In this document: positions 17,220 through 27,511 of the stretch, in pieces | How the letters are laid out: each line of letters opens with the position of its first letter | How positions within the stretch are numbered: the stretch's first letter is position 1 | IMG/VR virus record: IMGVR_UViG_3300028586_000049 | Location: 1 to 37,846 of that record | Strand: one strand, 5' to 3' | Origin: a virus | Lineage: Duplodnaviria; Caudoviricetes | DNA length: 37,846 bases | Made by a program: the position numbers and the translations under genes | Notes under the pieces: generated by a model | Databases searched by the model: none | What the model saw: only the letters and a program-made list of their open reading frames with translations | Told to the model about the DNA's origin: nothing

Positions 17220-17560
17220 GCCTGAACGCAGGTCGCCTGCGCCATCGAATCGTATTTCAAACGCTCGGCACAACTCAGGATCCGAAAACCGGTGAAGAGG
17301 TCAAGGGCTGGATCACCGTGTGGGACAAGGTGCGTGCTTCAGTTGAGCCTCTAAGCAGTCGGGATCTGATCGCGGCTCAGGCCGCCCAGTCGGATGCCTC
17401 GGCCCGGATCGTCATTCGATACCGCGCTGGTGTGCTGCCGACGATGCGCATCCTGTTTCGGGATGAGGTGTACGCCATCAAGGGTCAGCCGATGCCGGAC
17501 CCGGTTTCTGGGCTGGAATATCTGACCATTCTGGTTTCCAAGGGGGTGCTCAATGGCTAG
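17216..17560 (+). CDS. Head closure protein
   Basis: AGRLRHRI...W..VW..V.ASVEPLS.R...IRYR. Confidence 0.9.
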   Translation: MSLNAGRLRHRIVFQTLGTTQDPKTGEEVKGWITVWDKVRASVEPLSSRDLIAAQAAQSDASARIVIRYRAGVLPTMRILFRDEVYAIKGQPMPDPVSGLEYLTILVSKGVLNG

Positions 17561-18026
17561 TGAGGGAAGCGTCAACATGCGCGGCCTCGATGGCGTAGTG
17601 CAGAAGATGAGAGCTTTACCGGTGAAGCTACAGCGCTCTGGCATGCGCAAGGCCGCCCGGCGGGCCATGAACATCATGCGCGACGCGGTAAAGGCGAACG
17701 CCAAGGCAATGGACGATCCGGCGACTGCCGAAAAGATCTGGAAAAACGTCGTCACGCAGGAATCAGCGAAGCGCTCACGCCAAGAAGGAGGTGTGGTAAT
17801 GCGCGTCGGCATCCGGGGCGGTGCTGGCAGCAATCAGTACAGCAAGGATGCAGCCGGAAACCCCGGCGGCGATACCCGCCACTGGCGCTACATCGAGTAC
17901 GGCACAGAACACAACCCAGCGGCACCATTCATGCGTCCGGCCTTTCAGGCGAACGTACAGAACGTTACCGACCGGTTCGCCACTGAGCTGAACAAGGAAA
18001 TCGAAAGCGCGCTGGGTGGCCTCTGA
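17553..18026 (+). CDS. HK97 gp10-family neck/tail protein
   Basis: WRYIEYGT...PFMRPA. Confidence 0.9.
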   Translation: MASEGSVNMRGLDGVVQKMRALPVKLQRSGMRKAARRAMNIMRDAVKANAKAMDDPATAEKIWKNVVTQESAKRSRQEGGVVMRVGIRGGAGSNQYSKDAAGNPGGDTRHWRYIEYGTEHNPAAPFMRPAFQANVQNVTDRFATELNKEIESALGGL

Positions 18027-18391
18027 TGGCCGCCCCGATCTTTGCGGTATGCGTTGCTGATCCGGGCGTTCAGGCGCTGCTCGGCGTGTCACCCACGCGG
18101 CTTTACCCTTTCGGCGAAGCGCCAGAGGGCGTTGCCAAGCCGTACGCGGTCTGGCAGGTCATCGGAGGCAGCCCCGAGAACTACCTTGCAGGTCGTCCGG
18201 ATGTGGATGGCTACACGCTTCAAGTTGACGTATACGGCGACTCTGCATCGTCCGCCCGTGCAGTGACAGAAGCTCTGCGGGACGCTATTGAGCTTACCGC
18301 TTACATCACTCGCTGGGGCGCCGAGTCCCGCGACCCGGCCACAAAGTCATACCGCAGCAGCTTCGACGTGGACTGGATGGTTCACCGGTAA
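18026..18391 (+). CDS. Tail terminator (DUF3168-like)
   Basis: RLYP...PYAVW...LQVDVY; position before the tail tube gene. Confidence 0.85.
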   Translation: MAAPIFAVCVADPGVQALLGVSPTRLYPFGEAPEGVAKPYAVWQVIGGSPENYLAGRPDVDGYTLQVDVYGDSASSARAVTEALRDAIELTAYITRWGAESRDPATKSYRSSFDVDWMVHR

Positions 18392-18410
18392 CCCGTTTTC
18401 AAACACAACA

Positions 18411-18432
18411 GCCCGCCAAGCGCGGGTTTTTT
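18411..18432 (+). terminator. Intrinsic terminator-like hairpin
   Basis: CCCGC-CAAGC-GCGGG-T6. Confidence 0.7.
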
Positions 18433-18456
18433 ATTGCCCGACATTTGGAGAACGCT

Positions 18457-18960
18457 ATGTCGATCCTTTCGCAAGGAACCCAGATTTACGCACTCGTCCC
18501 GCCGGTTTCCGGTACCGGGCCGAAAACTGTGCTGGCCATTGAGTGCGCCACCGCATTCAGCCCCGGCGGCGCACCGGCTGACCAGATCGAGGACACCTGT
18601 CTCGAAGACAACGAGCGCAGCTACAAAAAAGGCTTGCGCACGCCGGGTCAGGCATCGTTGACGGTCAATGCTGACCCGAACAACGCGAGCCATATTCGTC
18701 TGCACCAGCTTTCCGAGGCCAATGGTGACACTACCATCGACTGGGCTGTTGGCTGGTCTGACGGCACCGCAGCACCGACTCTGGACGCTGACACTGGCGG
18801 CTTTGAACTTCCAGAAACTCGCACCTGGTTCACTTTTCGTGGCTACGTCTCCGACTTCCCGTTTGACTTCGCTGCAAACGCCGTTGTGAGCACTGCCGCA
18901 ACCATCCAGCGTTCCGGCGGCTCCGCCTGGATTCGCAAAGTCACCCCACCCGCAGCGTAA
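18457..18960 (+). CDS. Major tail (tube) protein
   Basis: SQGTQIY, IEDTCLE, GLRTPG, F.GYVSDFP; GGAG before ATG. Confidence 0.9.
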   Translation: MSILSQGTQIYALVPPVSGTGPKTVLAIECATAFSPGGAPADQIEDTCLEDNERSYKKGLRTPGQASLTVNADPNNASHIRLHQLSEANGDTTIDWAVGWSDGTAAPTLDADTGGFELPETRTWFTFRGYVSDFPFDFAANAVVSTAATIQRSGGSAWIRKVTPPAA

Positions 18961-18969
18961 GGCTAAACC

Positions 18970-19305
18970 ATGAATCTGGCTGAATTGAAAAAGAAAGGCG
19001 CTGTAGTTGCTGAAACTTTGGTGAAAAAGGAGGTGCAGTGGACGCACTCCGACCCCAAGGGCAAAAAGGTGACCGACAAATTCACCGTGCACGTTCGTCG
19101 TCACACTTACGGCAAGATGGAAGTCTTGTTCGCAAGCGATGACCCTGAAAAATCCAGGAACGCCAGCTATCTGTCCGAAACCATCCTGCTTGGCCCAAAA
19201 GGGGATGAGCCACTGCCGTACGAGGACGCCATGAATCTGGATCCTGAGCTCGGCTGGGCACTGATGAAGGCTGTAAACGAGGTGAATCACCCAGCAAAAA
19301 GCTGA
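18970..19305 (+). CDS. Tail assembly chaperone (gpG analogue)
   Basis: Between tube and tape measure genes; ends GCAAAAAGC TGA. Confidence 0.85.
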   Translation: MNLAELKKKGAVVAETLVKKEVQWTHSDPKGKKVTDKFTVHVRRHTYGKMEVLFASDDPEKSRNASYLSETILLGPKGDEPLPYEDAMNLDPELGWALMKAVNEVNHPAKS

Positions 19306-19592
19306 CCCCTGCTGATGAGCTGATGCATGAGCTTGTGCTCAACGGTATAGGGGGCTGCACGATCGCAGATGCCAAGGCCAACATCAGCTGGTCAGAGGTG
19401 TTAGCGTGGTCTGCATATCGGGACAAGTACGGATCGCTGAACCCGATGCGCAGAAGCGAGCTGTCGAGCGCGATTATCGCTTTCCAGATCAACCGTGCCA
19501 ACGGCGGTACTGCCGAACTCATCGACTTCATGCCCAATGCAGAGCGCGTCGTAGAAGTCACGCTTGAACAGGCGATGAGTGAGTGGGTTTGA
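19296..19592 (+). CDS. gpT-like frame reached by -1 frameshift (G-T fusion)
   Basis: The -1 frame is open from the A-run: KKLTPADELMHELVLNGIGG... Confidence 0.75.
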   Translation, partial: KKLTPADELMHELVLNGIGGCTIADAKANISWSEVLAWSAYRDKYGSLNPMRRSELSSAIIAFQINRANGGTAELIDFMPNAERVVEVTLEQAMSEWV

Positions 19593-19633
19593 CCGGCGCC
19601 TTCGTATCGGCCTGTTCCATGTCTACGAGTTAT

Positions 19634-19652
19634 CCCGCTTCGGCGGGTTTTT
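19634..19652 (+). terminator. Intrinsic terminator-like hairpin
   Basis: CCCGC-TTCG-GCGGG-T5. Confidence 0.75.
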
Positions 19653-19670
19653 ATTGCCTGGAGAAAACCT

Positions 19671-22600
19671 ATGGCGTCAAGATCGCTTGGCACATTGACG
19701 CTGGATCTTATTGCTCGAATCGGCGGATTCCAGCAGAACATGGACCGTGCTTCGCAGTCGGTCACGCGCACAGGTGCTGCTGCTGACGCTGCGTCGGCGC
19801 GGGTAGCCGCTATGCAAGGGCAGATGTTGTCCCTCTCGAACATGGCGGCGAGCATCGCCGGGCCGCTGTCGGCTGCTTTCAGCGTGAGCGCGATTTATAA
19901 CGCGTCAGAGGCTTACACATCTCTGACCAGCCGCCTCAAACTGGTTACGGAAAGCTCCGCAGAGCTCGCGACTGCCCAGAATGCCGTTTTTGCTATCGCC
20001 CAAAGCGCATATCAGCCGTTGAGCGCGACCGCCGAGCTGTACCAGCGGATCGCGACCAACCAGAAAGAGCTGAAGCTGACTGGCGAAGGCGTTGCTGGCG
20101 TTGTGGGCACCATCAGCAAGACGCTGGCGGTTTCCGGCGCGTCTGCAGCTTCGGCGAACGCTGCGCTGGTTCAGCTGGGCCAGGCATTCGCGTCTGGCGT
20201 GCTGCGCGGCGAAGAGCTGAATAGCGTCATGGAACAGGCCCCGGCACTGGCGCAGGCCATCGCGGCGGGCATGGGCAAGACTGTGGGCGAGCTGCGGGCC
20301 TTGGGTGCGGAGGGCAAGCTCACAGCTGATTCCGTTGTGAAGGCTTTGCAGTCGCAAGAAAAGGCAGTTGCAGACCTGTTCAACAAAACCGCCGTGACGA
20401 TCGGCAACAGTATTACCGCGACGGGCAACTCTCTGACTCAGTTCGTCGGACGGATGGATCAGGCGAGCGGAGCCAGCGCGGCGATATCGGCAAACATCGT
20501 CAAGTTTTCACAATCCATTGATGGGTTGACGAAGGACTTCGGGGCAACCTCGAAAACATTCGAGCAGATTTCAGGCGCAGCCGAGACGCTGGCTTACGTC
20601 TTTGGCGCACGCCTGGCTGTCGCCGCTGCGCAGGGCGCCGCCAGTTTCGCGATAGCGACGAAGGCATCGATCATGCAGGCCGGCGCACTGGCATACTCGA
20701 CCACGCAGAGCATTCGCAGCGCGGCCGCAGAGGCAGAGTCTTCAAAACAGGCGCTGCTCAATGCTGAAGCCAAAAATGCTGATGCTCGCGCCATGCTTGC
20801 TCGAGCAAACACCGAGATTGCGACTGCTGGGCAGAAAGTGGCGGCTGATCGAACTCGGCAGCAGTCAGAGATCAATAACCTGAAGAGCGTTCAGTCCGCC
20901 TTGGCAGCTGAGCGAGTCCTCGAAGAACAGCGCTTATCAGCTCAGATCAGCGAGCAGGGTCGCGCTGCTGCCCGAAATCGTATGGCTCTGGCGCGCCTGG
21001 ATGAAGTTGCGATTATCAGGCAGATACAGGCCGCTGAAACCAGTCTTGCGGCCACGACCGTCGCGACCTCTGCCGAGATTCAGGCGTCGTATGCCGCCAG
21101 AAGCGCGGCAGTGGCAGCGGCGGGCGAAACGAAGCTTGCTGTCGATGCGGCGTCCAGAGCATCCGACGCCGCTACCGCAGCAGCGTCAAGAACTAGCACC
21201 GCGATGGTGGCCGCATCCGCTGCAGGCCGCGGCGTTCTCGGCCTGTTGACTGGTCCAGTTGGCCTGATCGCAATGACGGCACTGGTTGCTGCCTCATTCA
21301 TCGACTTCGGCGGTGCAGCGGACAATGCCAGCAAGTCGTTGATTGATCACAATGCGACAATTGATGAGTCGGTCAAAAAATACAAAGAACTCAGCGCCGA
21401 GCAGCAGCGTTACCAGACCGATAAATGGGCAAAATCCCAGAAAGACGCAATGGCGTCGGCAGCCGAGGATCTTGCTGCTTATTCAAAAGTCGCCCGCGAA
21501 GGTATTTATTACGTTGCTGGCGACCGGGCGGAGCTGGGTAGACAGCTGACCAAGATGCTGGCCGAGGTTAAGGACGGAACCCGATCCCTCGATAGTGTTA
21601 CCCAGTGGTCACAGGATGACGCGAATATCTTGCCTGGGCGCATTAAACAGCTCACCGAAATGTCGGCGTCCTACTCTGCGAACGCTACCGAGGCTGCCAA
21701 CTTTAAGGCAAAGCTTGATGGTGTTGACTCGTCAACCAGGGCAGCCACAGCAAGCGCGAAAGGTCTGGCAGATGTTCAAGCAATTTCAGGTGGGCAGACC
21801 AAGGGTCAAATCGCCGACTGGGAAAAGTATGTTGCGAAGCTGAAAGAGACTCGAGACCTTTTTGGGGCGAATGCTGACGCGCGAGCGAAATACACTGCGG
21901 ACCAAATGGGTCTCACCGCTCAACAGCGTGAGCAGTCCAGAGTTATATCCCAGCAACAGGATGTGCTTGAAAAGTACAAGGAAGCGGTCAAGGACAACGA
22001 CAAGGTTCAGCAGGCCGCGCTCAAAAGGCAGTTGATCGGCTTATATACGGCAGAGCAGGCTGCAGAAGATGCGGCAGCGGCGGCGAAACGTGCTCATATC
22101 GAGTCGTCTAAAGCTGCTGAAGACAGCTCAACGATTCAAATCAGGGAAATGAAACGGGTCATTGATTTCGCGACCAATGTCAATAAGAGCGCGAGCTTTC
22201 TGACTGGTCGGAACATGCTGCTATTGGAGGGCGATGTATCGGGAAAAAGCATGATCCCCCAAGGGGGTGAGGCTCCGAAGCCCAGTGTAGATCCGCGCAA
22301 AGACCCAATGACGCGAGCCAATGCCGCGATCTCGATGATCAACGAAACAACTGACCCCAATAAAAGCCAAACAAAATTCAGAGAAGATTCCGCGCAGAAA
22401 GTCCTCGATCAGGCCCGTCAGCAATACGCGGTACTGAAAGAGCAGTCTGTGTTGCTTGGCGCTCAGAAGGGCGACATCGACAAAATCGGCGCTGCCTCCC
22501 GCGAGTTGATCAAGTGGGAGCAGGAACTTGCGGACATCAAGTCCAAGCAAACACTGACCGCCGAGCAGAAGTCCTTACTGGCCAAGCAGGATTCGATCAC

Positions 22601-23744
22601 CGCTGATCTGAAGCGCAATGCCGCGCTTGAGAAAGAAAACGAGTTGCGCAAAATTGCCCTGGAAGAGGCGAAAAAACTTGCCGCGTTTCAGGCGAGTGTC
22701 AGCGAAGGAAATCGATCGGTTAAGTCCGGTTACAGTCAGCAACTGGCTGGAGCAGGGATGGGTGATAAGCAGCGTGAGCGCCTGCAGGAAATGCTCGCCA
22801 TTGAAGAGGACTTCAACAAGCAACAGCGTGATTTGGTTCTTCAGCGTAACACTGGCGATATCAGTGACGACCTCTACAGCAAAGAAACTGAAGTCATCAG
22901 GTCAGCGATGATCGAGCGGCTACAGATTCAAAGGGATTATTACGGTGAAGTTGACGTAGAGCAGACCAAATGGATGGATGGTGTTGATCGTGCGTGGCAG
23001 AACTATGTCAACTACGCGCAAAACTATTCAGCCCAAGCTGCGGACTTCGTATCGGGAACTTTGGCCGACGCTACGAATGGATTGGGGGATATGTTTGCTG
23101 ACGTTGCCACCGGCGCAAAAGATGCTGGAGACGCAGTAGCGGATTTTGCCGGGAACATGGCGAAGTCGATGATCAACGCGCTGGCGGATATGGCTGCTCA
23201 GTGGCTTATATACCAAGGTGTCCAGTTGCTCATGAGCAAGAGCGGGCAATCAGCCGCAGCCACCGGTCTGATCGCCAACGCGCAAGCGGCATCGGCTCAG
23301 GCGGCTTTGAATGCGTACGCATCGACAGCAGGCATCCCGCTTGTTGGCCCTGCGTTGGCACCTGCGGCGGCGTTGACAGCGACTGCGGCAACCATGCCAA
23401 TGGTCGCTGCAGTCACCACGTCGGCGCTGGCCGGTATGGCTCACAACGGTATGGACAACATTCCCAAGGAAGGCACCTGGCTGCTCGACGGCGGCGAACG
23501 AGTGCTCAACCCGAACCAGAACCGGGACCTGACGAAGTACCTCGCTGAAAAGTCTGACGGCGGAGGCGGTGGGTCTACGCCAATCAAAATAGACGCCACT
23601 GTAGTCGTTCAGGCGCAGCCCGGTATGAGCCAGGCAGAAGCTGCCAGTCAGGGTGCTGCAGCGTCCCAGGCGTTTACTCAACAGACGCTGAACGTTCTGC
23701 AGCGTGAGATGAGGCAGGGCGGATTGCTTTGGAGGCGCACGTAA
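19671..23744 (+). CDS. Tail tape measure protein
   Basis: 1357 aa, Ala-rich; LRGEELNSVMEQAP tape-measure motif; AH.G...GERV C-terminus. Confidence 0.95.
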   Translation: MASRSLGTLTLDLIARIGGFQQNMDRASQSVTRTGAAADAASARVAAMQGQMLSLSNMAASIAGPLSAAFSVSAIYNASEAYTSLTSRLKLVTESSAELATAQNAVFAIAQSAYQPLSATAELYQRIATNQKELKLTGEGVAGVVGTISKTLAVSGASAASANAALVQLGQAFASGVLRGEELNSVMEQAPALAQAIAAGMGKTVGELRALGAEGKLTADSVVKALQSQEKAVADLFNKTAVTIGNSITATGNSLTQFVGRMDQASGASAAISANIVKFSQSIDGLTKDFGATSKTFEQISGAAETLAYVFGARLAVAAAQGAASFAIATKASIMQAGALAYSTTQSIRSAAAEAESSKQALLNAEAKNADARAMLARANTEIATAGQKVAADRTRQQSEINNLKSVQSALAAERVLEEQRLSAQISEQGRAAARNRMALARLDEVAIIRQIQAAETSLAATTVATSAEIQASYAARSAAVAAAGETKLAVDAASRASDAATAAASRTSTAMVAASAAGRGVLGLLTGPVGLIAMTALVAASFIDFGGAADNASKSLIDHNATIDESVKKYKELSAEQQRYQTDKWAKSQKDAMASAAEDLAAYSKVAREGIYYVAGDRAELGRQLTKMLAEVKDGTRSLDSVTQWSQDDANILPGRIKQLTEMSASYSANATEAANFKAKLDGVDSSTRAATASAKGLADVQAISGGQTKGQIADWEKYVAKLKETRDLFGANADARAKYTADQMGLTAQQREQSRVISQQQDVLEKYKEAVKDNDKVQQAALKRQLIGLYTAEQAAEDAAAAAKRAHIESSKAAEDSSTIQIREMKRVIDFATNVNKSASFLTGRNMLLLEGDVSGKSMIPQGGEAPKPSVDPRKDPMTRANAAISMINETTDPNKSQTKFREDSAQKVLDQARQQYAVLKEQSVLLGAQKGDIDKIGAASRELIKWEQELADIKSKQTLTAEQKSLLAKQDSITADLKRNAALEKENELRKIALEEAKKLAAFQASVSEGNRSVKSGYSQQLAGAGMGDKQRERLQEMLAIEEDFNKQQRDLVLQRNTGDISDDLYSKETEVIRSAMIERLQIQRDYYGEVDVEQTKWMDGVDRAWQNYVNYAQNYSAQAADFVSGTLADATNGLGDMFADVATGAKDAGDAVADFAGNMAKSMINALADMAAQWLIYQGVQLLMSKSGQSAAATGLIANAQAASAQAALNAYASTAGIPLVGPALAPAAALTATAATMPMVAAVTTSALAGMAHNGMDNIPKEGTWLLDGGERVLNPNQNRDLTKYLAEKSDGGGGGSTPIKIDATVVVQAQPGMSQAEAASQGAAASQAFTQQTLNVLQREMRQGGLLWRRT

Positions 23745-24088
23745 TGGCTGAGACATTCGGCTTTGATGTACAGGTGGGCGCTTCCGGCGACGTGTCGCAG
23801 CGCACCTGGTCGAACGACTTCGGCGACGGCTACAGCCAGTCCGGCGGGTTGGGTATCAACAACAAGTCGCAGGCCTGGGACGTGTCGGTAACCGGCAAGT
23901 TCGGTGCTGGGCAGAAATTGCAGCAGGTCCGCGACTTTCTGGATCGGCAGGAGGGCTATAAATCGTTCCTATGGGCGCCGCCCGGCGGTGCTCAAGGCCG
24001 ATACCGGGCCAACGGATACAAGCTTTCAACTCTCGGCGCCGGGCTGCACACGATGTCGGTGACCTTCAAACAGGTTTTTAATCCATGA
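23744..24088 (+). CDS. Minor tail protein (lambda gpM-like)
   Basis: FGDGYSQ...GINN...FL...G.KSFLW.PP. Confidence 0.9.
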   Translation: MAETFGFDVQVGASGDVSQRTWSNDFGDGYSQSGGLGINNKSQAWDVSVTGKFGAGQKLQQVRDFLDRQEGYKSFLWAPPGGAQGRYRANGYKLSTLGAGLHTMSVTFKQVFNP

Positions 24089-24267
24089 TGCGGCGCTGCC
24101 GCGAGCATATGATATGAAAAGATCTCGAAATTCAAAACACCAGGCTGCGCGAACTGCTGGATCTGAAAACACCAACAGTTCGCAAACGCTGCGCAGAAAA
24201 TCCCTAACTGCTGCATGGTCTATATCTATGGCCGAGGACTGCCATGGTAGAAAGATTGCATCAGGAT

Positions 24268-24516
24268 TTAAGCTTTGCCTGTTATCGCCGTGACGAGATT
24301 GTCGACGTAGCCGTCATGCAGGTCTTTGTTGATGCCTTCATAGTTCTCGCGCTTTAATGCCCTCAGTTCGTTGGCCAGCGCGTTTGATGCTGATTCGTTC
24401 CCAGCGGCGATGCTTCGCCCCAGTACCATAGCAACATTCAAATTGAAGATTATGGAAGTTCTAAGTGCTTGCTCAAGGCTATAGAGCCGTTCATCGATAG
24501 TCATCTCATTCGACAT
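24268..24516 (-). CDS. Accessory hypothetical protein (82 aa)
   Basis: AGGAGA upstream; AT-rich; antisense to the tail operon. Confidence 0.7.
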   Translation of the reverse strand: MSNEMTIDERLYSLEQALRTSIIFNLNVAMVLGRSIAAGNESASNALANELRALKRENYEGINKDLHDGYVDNLVTAITGKA

Positions 24517-24552
24517 TATGATCTCCTAATTTAATTTCCGATTAGATTGGTT

Positions 24553-24813
24553 TTATCTTGCTGAGCCTGTCGTTTGAGTTTTCACTATTAACTCCCACAA
24601 TATCTCTTTCTTGGCGTCAGTGTGCTGATGTTTATTTTGTGGTGGAAAAGGGTCGTATTTGTTTGAGGTTATTTCGTCCCCGCATCCAACGCACCGGTAT
24701 ATTCCAGATACCGGAACAATATCGCCAATCTCATAATGCGTGCGCCAATAGACTGCGGTTTGTTCGTCTGATTGGTTTAGGTACTTCGAAGTGTGTGATG
24801 CGTATTGGGCCAT
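24553..24813 (-). CDS. Accessory Zn-ribbon protein (YjzC-like, Cys2/His2)
   Basis: G..VP.SGIYRC.GCG.EI...PFPPQN.HQH...W.L; GGAG before ATG 24813. Confidence 0.75.
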   Translation of the reverse strand: MAQYASHTSKYLNQSDEQTAVYWRTHYEIGDIVPVSGIYRCVGCGDEITSNKYDPFPPQNKHQHTDAKKEILWELIVKTQTTGSAR

Positions 24814-24970
24814 AACAGAAACTCCATTTACTGGGACGCTAACGCTACTCCACATGGATCCAATCTTGTTACTGGGCATTTACCCACACTGGATGGGCGA
24901 ACAGCTTTTTTGGTTTAACCGAAAAAGCCTGCTTCTCCTCAAGTGTTGTTTCTTCTTTTTGGTGGACACC

Positions 24971-25669
24971 ATGATTTACAGCGCGGATATCCAGAAACTG
25001 GAGCCCGGTAACCAGATTCGTTTGTACGAACTGGATGGCACGCGCTTGGGCGCTACGCTCTGGCGGTTCCATGGGCATGAACACGAAGGCGACATCATCT
25101 GGCAGGGCCAGCTGTACTCGCCGATTCAGATCGAGGCCAGCGGCTTCGACATTCGGGGCGACGGCAGGCCTGCGACCCCATCGCTCAGGCTGGCCAACGA
25201 GCTGTCCGGCATCCGTGGTGCAGTCTCAGCGCTGTGCTTGCAGTTCGGCGACCTGGCTGGCGCCCGCTTCACCGTGATCGAGACGTTCAAGCACTTTCTC
25301 GACGCAGCGAACTTCGCCGAGGGCAACCCGGACGCTGCCGATCAGTGCCGAACCAGCATTTGGAACATCGAGCAAAAGACCGAGGAAGACAGGGCTTCTG
25401 TCAGCTTCGAGTTGTCGAGCCCCATCGACATGGAAGGCCAGCAGCTGCCGTCCCAGCAGATCACCAAGCTCTGCCGCTGGGCGTGCCGTGGGCAATACCG
25501 GCAAGAGGCCTGCGCTTACACCGGTACTGCGATGTTCACCAAAAAGAACGAGCCCACCGACAACCCGGCGCTGGACCGCTGCGGCGGCTGGTGGAGCAGC
25601 TGCAAGTTACGCGGCAACACACGCCGGTTCGGCGGATCCATGGGCGCGAGCCTCATCACGAAGGGGTAA
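24971..25669 (+). CDS. Minor tail protein (lambda gpL-like)
   Basis: IIWQGQLY.P, FELSSP.D, C.W...YR...C.Y.G, D.C.G...C..R. Confidence 0.93.
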   Translation: MIYSADIQKLEPGNQIRLYELDGTRLGATLWRFHGHEHEGDIIWQGQLYSPIQIEASGFDIRGDGRPATPSLRLANELSGIRGAVSALCLQFGDLAGARFTVIETFKHFLDAANFAEGNPDAADQCRTSIWNIEQKTEEDRASVSFELSSPIDMEGQQLPSQQITKLCRWACRGQYRQEACAYTGTAMFTKKNEPTDNPALDRCGGWWSSCKLRGNTRRFGGSMGASLITKG

Positions 25670-25671
25670 CC

Positions 25672-26454
25672 ATGCGAATCAATCAAAAGCTTCAGGACGA
25701 CATGCGTTCGCACGCCGAACGGTCGTATCCCGCTGAAGCCTGCGGCGTGCTGATCAAGACCGGCACCGGCCGCGAGTATGTGCCGTGCGGCAACGTGGCC
25801 ACCAACCCGCTGCAGCACTTCCTGATCGACAAACATGACGCTGCGGCGGCAGAGGATCGGGGTGAGGTGCTGGCCATCGTGCACAGCCACCCGGACCGGG
25901 CCGCAACACCCAGCATGACCGATCTTGTCAGTTGCGAGCTCCACGAGTTGCCTTGGGCAATCGTCGGCTGGCCCGGCGGGGATATCCAGTGGTTCAAGCC
26001 GAGCGGCTTCCAGGCGCCGTTGCTGGGCCGGGACTTCTCGCACGGTCTTCTGGACTGCTGGGCGGCCTGCCGTGACTGGTACGCCCGCGAGGCTGGGCTG
26101 GCGCTGCCGAACTTCGAGCGCAAGGAATGGTGGTGGGAGGATCCGGATAGCCCGAGCCACTACGAAGACAATTACGAGGCGTGCGGCTTCGAGAAGGCCA
26201 ACCAGCCACAGCGTGGCGACATGATCGTTTTCCAGATCCCGACCGTGGGCAGGCGGTGCCATTTCCCGAACCACGCCGCGATTTATCTGGGAGCGGATGC
26301 CAGCCTGGTCAGCGAATCAGCGCCCGCACTCGGCGGCTCCGGCCCGTTCATCTATCACCACATGCCCGGGCGCCTGGCAACTCGCGAGGTTTACGGCTGG
26401 TCCATGGCCAACCGGGTGAAGCTGATCCTGCGACACAAGGAATACGCCCAATGA
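25672..26454 (+). CDS. Tail tip assembly protein (lambda gpK-like; JAB + NlpC/P60)
   Basis: YPAEACG, VHSHPD...PS..D, DCW, NHAAIYLG, HH. Confidence 0.93.
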   Translation: MRINQKLQDDMRSHAERSYPAEACGVLIKTGTGREYVPCGNVATNPLQHFLIDKHDAAAAEDRGEVLAIVHSHPDRAATPSMTDLVSCELHELPWAIVGWPGGDIQWFKPSGFQAPLLGRDFSHGLLDCWAACRDWYAREAGLALPNFERKEWWWEDPDSPSHYEDNYEACGFEKANQPQRGDMIVFQIPTVGRRCHFPNHAAIYLGADASLVSESAPALGGSGPFIYHHMPGRLATREVYGWSMANRVKLILRHKEYAQ

Positions 26455-27038
26455 CCATGCGTACCATCAAGCTTTACGGCGTACTGCGAAAGCACTTCGG
26501 CCGCGAATACACAATCGACGTGCACAGCGTCCGCGATGCGGTAAACGCGCTGTGTGCCATGAAGCCTGGCTTCGAGAAGTTCCTGCGCACAGGCGAAGAG
26601 CGCGGCCTTGTGTTCAGCGTTTTCTGTGGCAAGCGGAACGCCGGAGCTCAGGAGTTCGATCTGCAGGGCAGCGACGACAGCGAGATTCGCATCGTGCCGC
26701 TGATTCAGGGCAGCAAGCAGGCCGGTCTGTTTCAGGTTGTGCTGGGCGTTGCGCTCGTTGTTGGCGGCATCTTCAGCGGTGGCACCACAACAGGAATGGG
26801 GCTTGCGCTGCTGAGTGCTGGTGCTGCTGTCGGCTTGGGTGGCGTGGTGCAGATGCTGTCGCCGACGACCAGTGCCAGCGTGTCGAGCAACAACGAGGAC
26901 GGAAATAATCCAAGCTACGGCTTCGGCGGCGCGGTTACAACGGTCGCCCAGGGCAACCCCTACCCGGTGCTTTACGGCGAGCGGGAGATTGGAGGTGCCG
27001 TGGAATCCGGCGGCATCTACACGCAAGACAATATCTAA
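26451..27038 (+). CDS. Tail assembly protein (lambda gpI-like)
   Basis: IKLYGVL...FG, IRIVP.I.G, QGNPYPVLYG. Confidence 0.92.
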   Translation: MTMRTIKLYGVLRKHFGREYTIDVHSVRDAVNALCAMKPGFEKFLRTGEERGLVFSVFCGKRNAGAQEFDLQGSDDSEIRIVPLIQGSKQAGLFQVVLGVALVVGGIFSGGTTTGMGLALLSAGAAVGLGGVVQMLSPTTSASVSSNNEDGNNPSYGFGGAVTTVAQGNPYPVLYGEREIGGAVESGGIYTQDNI

Positions 27039-27055
27039 AATTTTCGTTTGATAAC

Positions 27056-27418
27056 TTATAGCTTGTTGTCTTTGTTCTGCTGGCCTTCTATTTTAGTACT
27101 ATTTGCTTTAATCTTAAGTTTGGCCTCTTCGATGCCTGAGCCAATATTAAGTGCGGCTGCCTTTGCTAACCTACTTTGACTGAAGATAGTTCCAAGGCTT
27201 AAGGTTTTCTCTGTAATTTCGTCTCTTTCCTCTTGTCTAAACTTTTTGAAATCTTGATCCAGTTTTTTGATATGTTTTAGCATCAGTTGCGCTAGCTCCC
27301 AGCTGGAGCAGCTACAATGGATATAGTCATTTTCTCTGACATACCAGATTTTTATGAGCTTTGATTTTACTGGCTCTCCGTTTGGGAGTGTTGGTTCAAT
27401 GAAGAAGTTTGTTGTCAT
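27056..27418 (-). CDS. Accessory Lys-rich hypothetical protein (120 aa)
   Basis: AAGGA upstream of ATG; markedly AT-rich; antisense to tail genes. Confidence 0.7.
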   Translation of the reverse strand: MTTNFFIEPTLPNGEPVKSKLIKIWYVRENDYIHCSCSSWELAQLMLKHIKKLDQDFKKFRQEERDEITEKTLSLGTIFSQSRLAKAAALNIGSGIEEAKLKIKANSTKIEGQQNKDNKL

Positions 27419-27511
27419 TACGTTTTCCTTGAATGTTTGGTTTTTGTCTGAACGGTAAGCCAGTTTTATTGGCTCGGATTATTGTTGTAGCACGGTTTCG
27501 TAGGATAACAA

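Noticed and set aside
24085-24210. Remnant ORF coupled to gene M (MMRRCREHMI*KDLEIQNTRLRELLDLK...)
   Set aside because: In-frame stop after 10 codons, very short and no recognisable family; could be a relic but cannot be supported
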